Assembly (NCBI GenBank): GCA_013239625.1
Contig: MU055753.1
Span: forward strand, 2,472,702-2,536,701
Source: Lama guanicoe
Taxonomy: Eukaryota
Length of the DNA: 64,000 nucleotides
Direction of reading: 5' to 3'
Shown here: positions 1-13,051 of the stretch, piece by piece
Layout of the letters: each line of letters opens with the position of its first letter
Numbering within the stretch: the first letter of the stretch is position 1
Notes under the pieces: generated by a model
What the model was told of the DNA's origin: nothing
Seen by the model: the letters and a program-made list of their open reading frames with translations, nothing else
Database searches by the model: none
Translations under genes and position numbers: made by a program

Positions 1-262
1 CATGCCTCCAGTGCCCGCTGTAGGCTGGGCCCCAGCAGTACCAAGGACAGACCTGAGGCACCCCCACCCTGGTAGGCTCCATCATGGGCCCCAGGAAGGC
101 AGTAAACAGATCAGGGAACAAAATCAATGCAGAAAGTGATGCAACTTTCTACCACAGGGAGCAGGGAGCACAAGGAGGCAGGTGGCAGCCAGGCCAGCAT
201 GGTGACTCCATACCCAAGGTCCAGCCGCCCAGAAGGAGCACACTGGCAGGGCAGGCACCTAC

Positions 263-3200
263 TGTCTCCACTTGCTCCACCTCCAGCAGCGGCAGTTCTG
301 GGGGACTGTCTCCCAGGGGCTGGGGGCTGGCCGCAGTGGGAGGGCCTGGCTCCAGGGCTCCCTCCTCCCCAGCAACCCGCTCAAGGACGATGCCAGAGTT
401 CTGCATGGCCTGGTGCAGCAGGTTCTCACGGCTGCCCTCACTGGAACAAGGAAGCTCCTCAGGGCCAGGGGGCTGCAGGGGAGGCAGATGGAAGGGGCTG
501 GCCAGGCAGCCCAACACACAGCACCCACCTGCCACCACTGCACAGGGTGGCCCCAAGTGGCCCTGGGGGCCACTGTCCACACCCAGCATCTTCACTCAGG
601 AATACCCCTGGGAACCCCACAGCCCACTCCACCTGCCCTCGCCTCCCCACCTCATCCCCAGCTCAGTCTCCCTCACCCCTCCCTGCCCTCTAACATACCA
701 AGGGTCTACCATCTCCCCTGCAACCAGACTGGGTGCCAGGAAGGCAGGCCCAGGTCAGTCCTAGTCCCACTGGAGCCAGTGCCCAGAACCATGCCCAGTG
801 CTGAGCAGACAAAGGCCGCCCCCTGACCTGCCCCCACCTCCGGGGCGAGAGCTTTCATGCCCAGGGGAAGCTCTTGCATCTGGACATGGACTTCGTGGAT
901 AACAGTGCCCTTGGCATCTGTCACCAGGTGAATCACCGGCGACGTCTCCATGGGCTCGCCTGTCACTGATGATGATGTAACAGTCCCCATGGTGGAGGTG
1001 CCAGACCCTTTAAGGCAGAACCGAGAAAGTCCTTGAAGAAACACCCAACCAAGGTGGCACCCGGAGAGCAGCCAGGGCCAGGGCAGGGAGCCTTCTACCA
1101 TGCTGACCTGCAGGAGCGTCCTCTTTGCTGACAACCACATCTTTGCTCATGCTGAAGCGGATTTTTTCCGTGCACGGGGTGAGAGACTTGAGGTGCCGGG
1201 TCAGCGCACCCGACTCCCGGAAGCTCTTCCCACACTTGGCGCACTTATAGGGGCGCTCGTCTGCGGAGAGAACAGAGTCAGTCTCGGGTGGGGACAATGG
1301 CCTGGCACCAAGGGGAAGTCAGGCCTTGAGCCACAGCCCCACCAGCACCAGGAGCCAGGCCCCCCCCGAGGACCACCAGCAGTGTGCCATGCACTCCTGG
1401 CCCCAAGGCCACTCACCTGTGTGCCGCCGGTGGTGCCGGATGAGTGAGCCCTTGGTCCGGAAGGAGGCCCCACACAGTTTGCACTCATGGTCCTTGCGGC
1501 TGCTGTGAGTGACCATGTGGGCCTTGAGGATGCTGCCCTATGGGGAGGGGCAGTGAGGTTCAGGCATCTCCCTGGGCAGAACTGGCAAGGAGGCCTGGCC
1601 CCCAAGCAGGCACAGCTCCAAGCACACCAGGTTGTGGACTGGTCGGCCCAAGGCCCGGGGGCTCACCGTCTTGAAGGTCTTGTGGCACAGTGTGCACACG
1701 TAGCGGCCGTCCTTGTTCACCAGCAGCTTGACCTGGGCCTGCTCGCCCTCCCCAGCGGGCCCGGGACCCTGATGGCTAGGGCTGCCCGGGGCCTCTGCCA
1801 TCTCGCTGTCCCCTGGCTCTGCCTCAGCGGCCACAATGACCTCTTTGATGTGTCCGCCACCTGAGGAGAGGCGGATCAGCCTGAGCCTCGGGTCGCCATG
1901 GGCCCTGCCACCTCCTGGGATCCCAGTCCAAGGACACTGCCGAGGTGCGGCAGAGCTATACTGACCAAGGCCCGGGTCATGGCACCCACTCAGCCTGAAC
2001 AGGTGGGAGGCACTCCCCTCCAACTCTGTGGAGCTGCCCAGAGGAGCTCCAGGCCTCCAGAATGTGTACATTAGTGAGATGCACCATGGACACAGATGCC
2101 CCCTCCCCTAAGTCAAGAGGAGCACACGGGGGTCCTGCCATCTCCAAGGGCAGCACAATGCTGGCGTGGAGGCAGTGGACAGGCCAGCTCACGGCCGTCT
2201 GCCCTACTTGCTGCCCCGGCTCCTGCTGACAAAAGGGGGAAAAGGCTTCAGGTGTCCCCCACGTGCATCAGTTCCAAGGCAGGCGGGCGAGGGCCCCGGC
2301 CTGCAAGAGGGAACACTCTCCACATGCCTGGGACACCCTGAGGAAGGAAGCTGGGCTTTTGCAGTTCTCATGGGTGTTAAAGAAATCTGACAATGTGCGA
2401 AGCCAAGCTGAAAACACACTTTGCATTTTCTGTTCAAAAAAAATGACGTGTGGGAAACGGTTGTGAAGCTGCTTCTTAGAAACCATCTCAGTCAGGCTGG
2501 CGTTGTGTTTTGACAAGCCATTCTCTCCAAACTGAATGGAAGCACGGTGACTAAGAATTAAGGGCATACCTGTCATGCCCTGGCTGATGCGCCTGAAGCT
2601 TTATTTTCCCTCCGCCCCGAATGCGAACTTCCAAAAAAACAGGGATTTCTGCCAGGCTCGGACTTGAGTTTGAGTGTGAGGGGTCAGGGAAGGGGGGAGC
2701 ATGGCTGCCCTGAGTCCAGAGATGAAGTGTAAGTTTATTTCCAGGGATGGGAAGAGGCAGGAGGGCCTGAAATAGGTATCCAGCCCCTATGCAGTCGCTG
2801 CAAACTGTGCCCTCAGTCCAGTGAGGAGTGAGGGCCCCCGAGCCATGGGATGCTGGCAGCTGGTGGTTTAGGACTCTGGCCAACCCTAGGCTCCAGATCA
2901 CTGAGCAGCTGACACCACGGGGACATGTGGGGCACCTAGGATGCCTGCAAAGGGGAAACTCCCAAGGTGCAAGAGAAGCAGGGGGTGCCCAGAGAGGAGC
3001 CCCTAGAGCACAAGGAGCAGCCCAGGCTTGGGCGTGGGCCAGCTGGAGGCCGGATGGCTGGAAGGGCCCGGCTACCCAGGAGGCCAGAGCCTGGAGATGC
3101 TGTCTGAACCCAGGGAATGTGTTTTGCCATATGACACCACCCACACCAGAAACTACCACACCAGGGCTGGAGCATGGCCCCACCTCCCACAAGACAATAT

Positions 3201-6200
3201 TCCTATACCAGAGTGGCAACAGTCAACTGTCCTTGTCCGCAGGAATGTCAGGGGAAAGACAGTGGGAGAGAGGGACAGCTGTCCTGCTGCCTCCCTGAGG
3301 TGGGACTTCGGCAGAACAACCTGCTCTGAGGTTTCCCTCCCTCGAGGTCTCCTCCACCCTTTCTTCCTGCCCAGCTGGTCCCAAGTGTTTCCCAAGGTCA
3401 AGTTCTACCTGTTGCCCAAACCTGCTTCCTGTCCAGCTGCTTACTCTCACGCCTGTCCAGGCCCTTGCCCATTCCCTTCCCAGCCTCCCACAGCATCATC
3501 CCTCCACTGCCATGCTCACACCCAGACCCCGCTCCCTCGAGCTACCCTTTGAATGTCCCAGATGCACGCTCACCAGTCCCCTATTAACGAATACTGACCC
3601 AACCCAGACCTCTCAACACCTCCTCCCCTACAACACATGAGTGAAGCACTTTAAAAGAGCCATCAAAGAGCCTGACTTGGCGTTGTATGCTCTTAAAAGC
3701 CACGTGAGAATCAGGTGAGGAATCATCACCCCTACGCCAGAAGGAGTGAGCACTGGGGAGGTGAAGGCCAAGGTCAGGGGTGAGATGGAGCAGCAGGTAT
3801 AGCCCACGCATACCTCAACCAACCCTCCAGAGCTGACTATGGCAGGAGGAGGGGAGGAGGCAGAAAAAAGGGGAAGATTCTCGAAGAACCAGGGCAGAAA
3901 CAGTCTGGCAAAGCTGCAGGAGAGAGCAGCCAGCTCCTGATCACATACAAAGTGAAGACTCCCTGAGGCCCAGGCTCTGGGCTCTCCCTTTCCTAGCAGG
4001 GCAGGACCTGGTGCCCTATGCTTGCTCTTCCCGCAGGCCCTGTCCCGGGGAAGGTGTACAAAAGGCCTCAGCCCCTCCCTGGCCAGGCCTTGCTCTTGGG
4101 AGAAGAGGGATATGGGCAGCAGAGGTTCCCAACCTCTAGCCTTGACCAGGGACAGCTACCAGGTCAGAGATGCCTCAACATGAACAGCCACAGTGAGGCC
4201 AAGCCAGCTTACCGACAATGTCAGGTGTGTGGCTGATGTCGGCCGTTAGAGCAGCAGCCTCCACCACAATGTGGGCCACGGTGATGGGTTCCTCTGGGCC
4301 TGCTGCTGCCGGCACCACCTACCAATGGGGGACGGGACAGAGAAGACTCGTTTGCAGGGCTCCAAAGCTCCTTTGGCTTGGAGGACGCAGGCTTGGGTTT
4401 ATGTCCAGGTGGACAGCTGGTTGGGGGCTCTCATCTCCCACAATGGAACACCACTCTGAGTCTGACTCCCAGCCTGCACCCTTCCACTCAGGCCTGAGGG
4501 TCAGCCCCATCATTCTAATGCCTCTGGCCACCAAGAACCCCATGTGGAGCCCTGATCACCCTCAAGGAGGACTCCAGGACGAAGTGACCAGAAGCTCCAG
4601 TATGAAGCTCAGCTGGCTCTGCAGAGAGGAAAGTGAGTACCTACACCCACCAGCCCCAGCCAGGGGGTCAGGGGAAAGGGCCCCAGGGATGTGGGGCCCG
4701 GGGCCTTCCTGGAGGAGAGGACACCCCTGGGAAGGGCAGGAAAAGAGCACAGGGTCAGAGTGAGACAACTCTGGGCCCATTGTCCTCTGGACCACTCCCG
4801 GGGGTGACCTGAGGCAACCAACTTCTCTCAGAGTCTCCTTTCCCACTTTCATATGATGAGGATGATGAGCGTATCCAGACCTTGGGGATGCTATGGACTC
4901 AATAAGACTGTGTGTGCACAGCCCCGGGCCCATGGGGCACAACCAAGTTGGCCATTTGTGTGACAGGGTGCAGGGACCCATAGAGCCACACTTTGTGGAA
5001 TCCCCAGGAACTGTATATACAGGACAGGAGACAAGACAAAAGGACAAAAGCCACCACAGTACTCCTGAACCAAGACAGGTCCTTGGGCTCCAAGAAAGGA
5101 GCGACCCCAGGCCCCTAGGCTTCAGCCAGAGGCTGCTAAGAAGACCAGCCATCCCAGGCCATCCAGGAAACCCCAGAGTACCGCCAGGAGTTCCCCAACC
5201 CATATATGGATGCCTGCCCTCTGCCCGCCCCATGTCAGAGGAACCCAGCTGGACAGGTCTAGGCCAGCACGTCACCTCCTTCTCCTCCTCCTGCTGTCTG
5301 GTGAGCCCAGGGAGCAGGGCACTCAGCGGTGTGCGCATGCACATGTGCAATGGCAGGGTAGGGGGGGCCTCACCTCCTGGCCCAGCAGTGCCGCAGCAGC
5401 AGGGGTGGCAGGCAGGGCTTCCTGAGGGACCCGCTGGCAGACCTTTTGGAGCTTGTGCTGAACAAAGTCCTCCAAGGTGGTGAACTCCGCCTGGCAGCGG
5501 CCGCATCTGTGTACATCATCCTCATCTGCAATGAGCCTGCATCAGTGGGGCCTGAGGGAGACTCCAGATCCAGCCAAATCCACCCAAGGGTGGAATGAGA
5601 ACCAGAGGCACCTTGCCCAGCCCTCCCAAAGGGGCTGAGAACACTCTGAGAAAATCCCCTGGAGGTCTGCTGAAGCAGTGCCCACCTCGGGGAGAGCACC
5701 ATCCAGCGGGGTGTGGTCCTGACCAGACACTTAAGACTGCAGGGATCTAAAGCCCCTACTTCAGAAACGAGGGGAGAGAGAGGCCCAGGGAGTAGCTAGG
5801 AGGCAGAGAGATTCACCCAAGCCCGTCTGGGGCAGTGGAGGATTAGGGTTTAAGACTATTGGGGTTTGCATGTGATCCTGGGCACTTCAGTGACCATGTC
5901 TGGATCCGTTTTCTCATCTGTAAAATGGGCCGACTCAGTATATGTGTGCGCAGGGCACAAGGGGGTTAGTGGGCTGCTTCTCACAGGGCTCTAGCTGCAA
6001 GGCCAGCCCTCGGCAAACGGGGAGGTGGGGCACCCTGACCCATGACCACTCTGTTTTCACTCTGACTTGGTGCTCCACTGGTTTCAAACAGGCAGAATCT
6101 CCCTACTCTGGTGAAGTTGCCCAAGGTGGAACTTGCCAGAGGGGCTCCACACCTCAGGGCCACCACAGCTGAGCCTCTCAACCATCTGGGCCAACTAGCC

Positions 6201-8137
6201 ATTGCTTGCCCCAGGTCCTGCAGGAGAGACTTCCTGCTCACTGAGTCCCCTACTGTGTGCCAGCCACCTCACTGGGGACATCACCAAATCTGCTAGCACC
6301 CTGAAGAAATGGAAATGACTATTCCTACTCTAGAAAACGACTTGAGATTCAAGGCCACCAAGATGGTAAGTGTTGAGGCCAGAACCTAAACCTGAGGGTC
6401 TACTCCAGACACCCTACCATTCTCACCAAGAGATGGGGGATGTTCCTTCTGCTTTCTTAGAAGACTGTCAGCTCCCACTACCTCACATGCAGTCCCACAT
6501 CAAGGTCAAACCCAGGCTTAGAGTCTAGAAGGAGCTCAGTCAATGGCTATTGAATTAATGATAAAAAGGCCAAATGGCATCCATGACTCACGCACAGGAG
6601 GCCACCTGACAAAGGGCAGTCACCTCCAGATGGCTGACAGTCACAAGCCAAGCACTCAGGTGCCTGCTACCCTCCTCCCATCCCACTCACCGAGTCTGAC
6701 TCAGCACCAACACGTTGCCATTGAAGGAATCCCCACCACAGAAGGGGACAGGCCCAGCCTATGTAACCCTGAGATAAAGCCATGGCAAACCTTATCTGGG
6801 CACAGCAACCTCAAAAAGGACCCCTCTCCAGGTTGGCACTGCCCTCTGTGGTACTGCCCCTCCCCAAGTTGGAATAAGGAGCAAGAAAAAATGCACTGAG
6901 AACACAAATTCTGTAAGGACAAAGACCACCTCCCTGATATCATCAGCCAACTCCCCCTGCCTGGTCCAGTCTACAACCTCATGGGACAAGTTCTGAGGGC
7001 AGAGACAAGAGTTCTGTCTTCAAAAGCTATCAGTGCCCCTGTGAATGAGCCCTTGATATGTCACCAGCACTGTTCTCAGAGATTTACATACATACTCTCT
7101 TTTGATTCTCACCACCATCCTATGAGGCAACAGAACCCAGAAGTTAAGGGAGTGAGTTGAGTAGTCCCACAATCCTGGCACCCAACTAGTCCTTGACACT
7201 TACTAGCTGGATGACCTGGTCACTTTCACATCTTTGAACCTCAATTTTCCTCATGGGAACAATAATAACAAATAATAATAAATGGGAGTAATAATAACAA
7301 TGATAATAATGGCATCCAGGGTTGGCTGGAGGATGAAAAAAGCTGATGCATGGGAAATGCTCCATACTGTATCGTCAACAGCAGCATCCCCATTCTGTAA
7401 GGGAACATGGAGGCTCAGGGAGGTGTGTGGTCACCTGCCCAGGACTGACTAGCTAGAAAGTGTCTGGTCTGGGACAGAGCTGGCTGCAGCTTTCCAGTAC
7501 TGGGCTCTGCTTCCTCCCCAAGGGTCCTGAAAAGACCCGAGGCCCCGCCCTCCCAGAGCCTCCAGCCACACCCCAGCCAGGGCCCTAGTGGCCCGACAGG
7601 TGCAGTGGGAGGGGGCCCGGTGGAGGGCAGGGCCCTGCCCTGACAGGGCGGCCGAGAGGGGCCGGGTCGTGAGTCTGAGGGCAGGGCTGGCGGTGGAGGC
7701 GTCCGCGGAGGTCTACACGGACAGCCCCGGTGGCTTGGAGAGCCGTAAGTATCCGTGTGTGGGCACTGGCGTCCACGGGGGTGATGGGCGCCAGGCAGGA
7801 GAGGCCCGAGAGTCTGAGGAAACCGGGAGGCTCGTGGAAGGCTATGAGACCCGTGAGGTCCGCAAGGAACCGGGTCTGGGAGGGTCTGCCGCACCCGTAG
7901 CTCAGGCCATCCGGGCCTCCGCCAGCCCGGGCTGAGCTGCCCCCACCCCAGCCGCGCCCGGCCTGGTCCGGCCCTGTTACCTTCCTCGCTAAAGGGCGCC
8001 GGGAGACCGAGAAAGCCACCGGGGGCCAAGGCCGCCGACGCCGCCGCGACCCCGCCCTCGCCCGCTTCCCGCCCGGCTTCGGCCCGGGCTTCTGCCGTAT
8101 GCGCGGCCGTCACCCGCACTGCCATCGCGCCCTCCAT
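263..8137 (-). CDS. E4F1: E4F transcription factor 1 (C2H2 zinc-finger), coding exons 1-8; 3' exons lie left of the window
   Basis: Exons 7981-8137, 5374-5525, 4213-4318, 1667-1860, 1417-1537, 1108-1260, 838-1007, 263-472, all GT-AG with consistent phases. Translation MEGAMAVRVTAAHTAEA...EEDEDDVHRCGRCQAEF..., zinc fingers YVCTLCHKTFKT, HECKLCGASFRTKGSLIRHHRRH, YKCAKCGKSFRESGALTRH. Confidence 0.96.
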
Positions 8138-8700
8138 GTCGCAACGCGCCGCAGGAAGATGGCGGATTTACGACCGTGTCGTCATAACAACGGGCCGCGC
8201 CAAGGCGAGCGAGAGAGAACCCAGAGAGGATGACGACGGGGCGGGGCCAGGGTGGGTTTGACGGGCAGGCGGCGGGGCGGAGCCTTAGGGGTGTGGCCCG
8301 GGGCTGCAGAGGCGGGGCCAGGCTCAAGAAGACAGGGCGGGACTCCTGGAAAGGATGTGGTTACGGCGGAGCCGACTGACAGGCGGAGGGGAGGAGTCGG
8401 GGGGAATCGCCTGCGGGGCATGCCTTGGCACAGTAGGGGTGTGGCCACGCCTGAAGATCCTAGGGCTGGGACCTGGAAGCCGCTTCAAGGCTTGCTAGCT
8501 GGAGAAGAGGGGCGAGGTGGGCTGGCGGCTCCACTGGACTGCCCCTGGGCGGGTGCTGCGGCCGCGTATACCCCGCCAGGAACCCAGCTCGAGAGGGCTG
8601 CTGCCGGGGTACGTCTTCAGCTCGGACCTGTAGTGTGATGCTCGCCGCGCCGCACCGCACCACCCTCCTCTGTTGGGGGCAGAACCTTTGATCGTTGGCC
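7600..8700 (-). promoter_or_regulatory. E4F1 CpG-island promoter with YY1 site and GC boxes
   Basis: CpG-dense around the ATG at 8137. AAGATGGCGG (YY1) at 8156-8165; several GGGCGG/GGCGGG boxes at about 8238-8340. Confidence 0.8.
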
Positions 8701-8801
8701 CCAGTCATAGGAGAAAACCCGAGTTGGGGATGGCTCACGGGTAGCTTCACTAAGCCTGTATTCTTTTGTAGTTTTCGAGTTGTGATAAGTACACATGAAA
8801 T

Positions 8802-8936
8802 NNNNNNNNNNNNNNNNNNNNNNNNNNNNNNNNNNNNNNNNNNNNNNNNNNNNNNNNNNNNNNNNNNNNNNNNNNNNNNNNNNNNNNNNNNNNNNNNNNN
8901 NNNNNNNNNNNNNNNNNNNNNNNNNNNNNNNNNNNN
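8802..8936. other. assembly gap (N run)
   Basis: 135 N. Confidence 1.
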
Positions 8937-9195
8937 GGCAACCATTTCTTTTCTCTATAGATTTGTCTTTTCTGGGCATTTCATATAAATGGAATACACC
9001 TGTGGTCTTTTGCATCTGGTTGCCTTCACTTAATGTTTTTGAGGTTCATCCAGGTTGTAGCATGCAGCAGAACTTCATTCATTTTTATGGCTAAGTAATA
9101 CTCCATTATATGGATAGATCAATTTATTTATTCATCTAGCACATTTGAGTTGTTTCCACCCTTTCTACTGTTGTGAATAGTGCTGTTATGTACAA
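8937..9195 (-). mobile_element. old L1 (L1M-type) 3' fragment
   Basis: Typical L1M 3'UTR text (catttcatataaatggaata...gaggttcatccaggttgtagcatg...ttgagttgtttccac); recognised by eye. Confidence 0.7.
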
Positions 9196-11649
9196 GTTCC
9201 TTTTATTCTTTTAAAGGTCGTATTTAGCTCTTTGAAGCTAAGGGCTTTACAGGATCTCATTTAAGATACCAATTATGCCCATTTTGAAGTTACAGAAACT
9301 GAGGCACAGATTTGATAGGATACCTGCCCAAGGGCAGACCAAAGACTCTAACCCACGGCTGTCCAGAGTCCTAGAAACCTAGACTCACAGTGCGTGCTCT
9401 CCCAGTACAGTTGTTCTTTGTGGCTCAGCCCAGTGCTGGATTCCAGAAACTCAGGTGAATCAGACCCAGTTCCCTCCAAAAGGCCAATCTCCAGGGAAGA
9501 CCAAGCACCGACGCAAGGGCCCCAGGCAGAAAATAGGCAGCTCTGCCCTGGGAAAGGCACCAAGAAGAGATTGTCTCCATGCTGGAGCTGCCCAGCTGAG
9601 GAACTGAGGACCCTTGGCCTAGCATGGGCTGGGATGTGTGGGGTACAGGTTAGATCACCAGAGGTCAGGCCAGGGTAACAATGGGGCTGCTTTCTGCAAG
9701 GGGCTTGCTCACCGTTGCAGGGGTTTAAGCCGAGAGAGTGATTGTCAGCATTTCAGAAGGATCCCTCTGACTGCTGGGCAGAAAAGGAAGATCCAAGATG
9801 GACGGTCTCTGAGAGAGACAAATGGGAGGAGGAGCAGCTGTATGCTTGTGGAGCATGAAGGATGTGGGGGGCATCTGAGAAGAGGACCGGGAGGACACTT
9901 CACTTGAAGATATGCTGAGGGGTAATGGGGAAGCCAGGATCAGAGAGCTAGAAGAAGACCCCCAGAGGAATGGAGTGGGGAAGGATTTCAAAGACAGAGG
10001 ACAGCCTGGGTGTGGGTGGACATGAGGACATGAGGAGGAGCTGGTCCAGGGGAGACAGGCCACCTGCCCTGCTCTGTGCTCCAGAGCCTGTGGGACAGAG
10101 TTGTCCCCTGACAGGCCAGGGCTCCTGCCTGAATACTCCCTGGGGGTCAGAAAAGGGAATCCTGACCTAATGAGCTCTGGGCCATGCCTCAGCTGGAGCC
10201 CAGGCAAACCAGCAGGCATGGGAGTGGATGGTTCTGAAGTCACTGAAGGCAGAGTGGCCGGGGCAGGCTTTCTCCCTTCCCCAAAGCCTCCCTTCCACCA
10301 AGTGGCCTTCTTCCCCACCCTGCCCTCATCGTGGGCTTCAGCTGCACACTGTGTGTTTTACAGTCAATACTGGACTTCCTGTGACCAGAGCCTGCCAGGA
10401 ACTACATTGTCCTTTATGATGGCTGCCCAATCTCCATTCCTTGGATGTATTTTAATTTATTTAACCAACCCCATGTTGAAGATTATTTAGGTTACATTCA
10501 AATTTTTTTGCCACTTCAGTCCTTTTTCAATGACCCCCTTTTTTGCTTAGTTCATTAGAAATGATAACATCTGTGAAAACACAGATTGAATGGCTACTTG
10601 TATTTTCTACTGCAGTTTAAATCCATGCAATGCTATTAAGTTAGGGTCTGTCCTTGTACCACCTAAGTCCAAGCCCCATTCCCCTTGTGGTATAGCTTCC
10701 TCACTTGGGAAGATCCTGGCACTCTTCATTCACAGGTTGTACTGAGCACCTACTGTGTGTCAGGGATGCACTGTGATCGTTAATATGCTCCTCTCTCATC
10801 CAGATGCAGGGCACCTCATCCAAGGGCAGTTTTTCCCAATAAAGGACACCATACCTTCCAGCCTTCTTCAGGACCTTGGCCATAGCCATCCCCTCTCTTG
10901 ATACTGGCTGTTCTACCTCTCCCACTGTGCCTACAGGGGATGTTAAAACAAACGGAGCTCAGCTTTGGGGTCACAACTGAATTTAACTGCAACTCTGCAT
11001 TGTCCAGTTGGTGGCTCAATTTCCTCATCTATACATGAGGATACTAATAGTCCCTGTCTCTCAGGGTTGTCCTGTGATTCTGACAAGGTAATGCAGGTAA
11101 GGAGCAGAGCTCAGTGCCAAGATGCTTGCTGAGTACCCAGTAAACCAAGGCAACCATGCAAGTATTGCGCCAGCCAGCCTATGGCTGAACAGAGCAGTGT
11201 TTCCCATTCTAGCCAGTGTACCACACACACTGAATGTTTCTGGGTGGGTAAAGCAGGATTTGTGATCTTCTGTCAAATTCAGTTCTTCCCAGGATCAGTT
11301 CCACCAACAAAACTGAGTGGGAATATACAGCAGGGAAGGTGCTCCCCTCCTTGGAGGTGGCTGCAGCAGGCAGGAACACTGCAAACCCTGCCCTTTTGGG
11401 CCATGGCCCCTGCCCTCCAGGAGTTCCCAGCTGAGACCAAAAGAATAAGCAGATCCCTAAAGGAACTAAGGTTACTGGCTTTATCTTATGGGTTTAGGGG
11501 TGAGAGGGGTCCAGAGTAGACTTCCTGGAGACCTGAGGCCCAAGAGAGGAGCAGGGGTTTGACACACTAGGAGTTGGGGGTCTGGATCACCTGGCACAGG
11601 ATAGGCTCTCAGGAATCTCTTGTTCTGCCACCTGTGAAACTAATAATAA

Positions 11650-12200
11650 ACACACACCTACTCTATGAACTGGAAATTCCACTCCTAAGTATTTACCCCC
11701 AAGAGAAATGAGTGCCTACAACCACAAATGAGTATGTAGAACCAGAAGCTTCATAGGGACATCATTTACAATAGCCCCAAACTGTAAACAACCCAAATGT
11801 CCATCACCTGGAGAACAGACAAACAGGAGTATATTCTTTCAATGGCCCACGAGGTAATTTAAACAAACAAACAAGTAAAAACTGAGAATGGATTTCACAG
11901 ACATTATGTTGATCCAAAGAAGCAAAACCCAGAGGGGTACCCAGGGTGAGATCCTGATGGTAAGATGGTCTGGAACAGGCAAAGGAGGCTGTGACTCACT
12001 CTGTGACAGGAGTCAGAAAAGTGGTTGGGGGAGAGGTATCTGCTACTGACTGGATACTGACTTGAAGGAACTTCCTGGAATGATGGTAAGATTTATATCT
12101 TGATCTGGATTGTGTTTACACAGGCATATAGGTATGTAAAAATTCCACCAAGCTGCACACTTAAGATTTATGCACTTTATGTTTTGCCTCAATAAAAGTT
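11650..12200 (+). mobile_element. old L1 (L1MC/ME-type) 3' fragment
   Basis: aattccactcctaagtatttaccc...aaacaacccaaatgtccatca...cacacttaagatttta...cctcaataaa. Confidence 0.7.
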
Positions 12201-12369
12201 AATAATACCTAATAATGATAGTGATAGCGGCCAATTGAGTGCTGTATTCTAGACACTAGTGTCCTTCTCTGAGACCCAAATCCCACTGCCTTGCAATTAC
12301 TCGTTCACATGACCACTAAGGAACACGGAAAGAGTATTTGCAAAGGACTGGAAATGAGACCGCCAAGCT

Positions 12370-13051
12370 TGCTGGGAAGGAGCCCCGGGCTGAATCTCAG
12401 GAATGGCCGTAATCCGCCCACGCGCAGACACTTCGTCCGGAGACTGTCCCGGGCAGAGGGCACCGCCCAGCCCCGCCCCGGCAGAAGTGCGGACGTGACT
12501 ACGGCCCAAACAGGGGCAGCGACCCCCGCCTCCCGCCGTGCCCCTATGGTGAGCCCCGCCCGCAAGATCGGAGACAAGCCAGCCAGTCAGCAGCTGGCCC
12601 AGCCCGGGGTCACTCGATTAAGGGCTTCCGCCACCTAGGCTGACCACGCGCCTCCAATGGGTGAGCTGCGCCGCTTCCGCTAATGAGCAGCTGCCCTACG
12701 TCCTGCGCCAACTCTCGGGCTCCTCCGCCGAATTTCCGCAGTGAGCGCTCCACGCAGAATGCCGGTTGGCTCCCTGCCAGCCAATCACCAGGGCGCCCAG
12801 AGCCCGACAGCCAATAGCCACCCGCCCCTCCGCGTCGGACCGCGACGGTTGGCGCTGAACTTCCGCAGCCCGGGGGAGGCGGGGGTGGATTGGCGCAGGC
12901 GATGTCCAATGGGCGGCACGCGCTAGGCGCAGGGCCAATGAGCGCGCCGGGGGCGGGGCGGGCGCAGCGGCGGGCGGCTGCTACGAGGAGCGGGTGGCCG
13001 GTGGCGGCGGCGGGCGGCGGCTGCAGCCGGTGGCGGCAGCGGCAGGCGGCT
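12370..13051 (+). promoter_or_regulatory. PGP CpG-island promoter with multiple CCAAT (NF-Y) boxes and GC boxes
   Basis: CCAAT at 12654, 12781, 12811, 12906, 12935; ATTGG at 12889; GGGGCGGGGCG at about 12950-12960. Confidence 0.8.

Noticed and set aside
3630-3730. GTGATGA (box C-like) and an imperfect hairpin in E4F1 intron 3
   Set aside because: No box D at a suitable distance and no terminal stem; a snoRNA or miRNA call is not supportable without an Rfam search.
4562-5506. 314-aa ORF, and other long ORFs such as 34902-35756 and 59834-60574
   Set aside because: Off-frame, antisense or intronic frames; low-complexity translations expected in GC-rich DNA.
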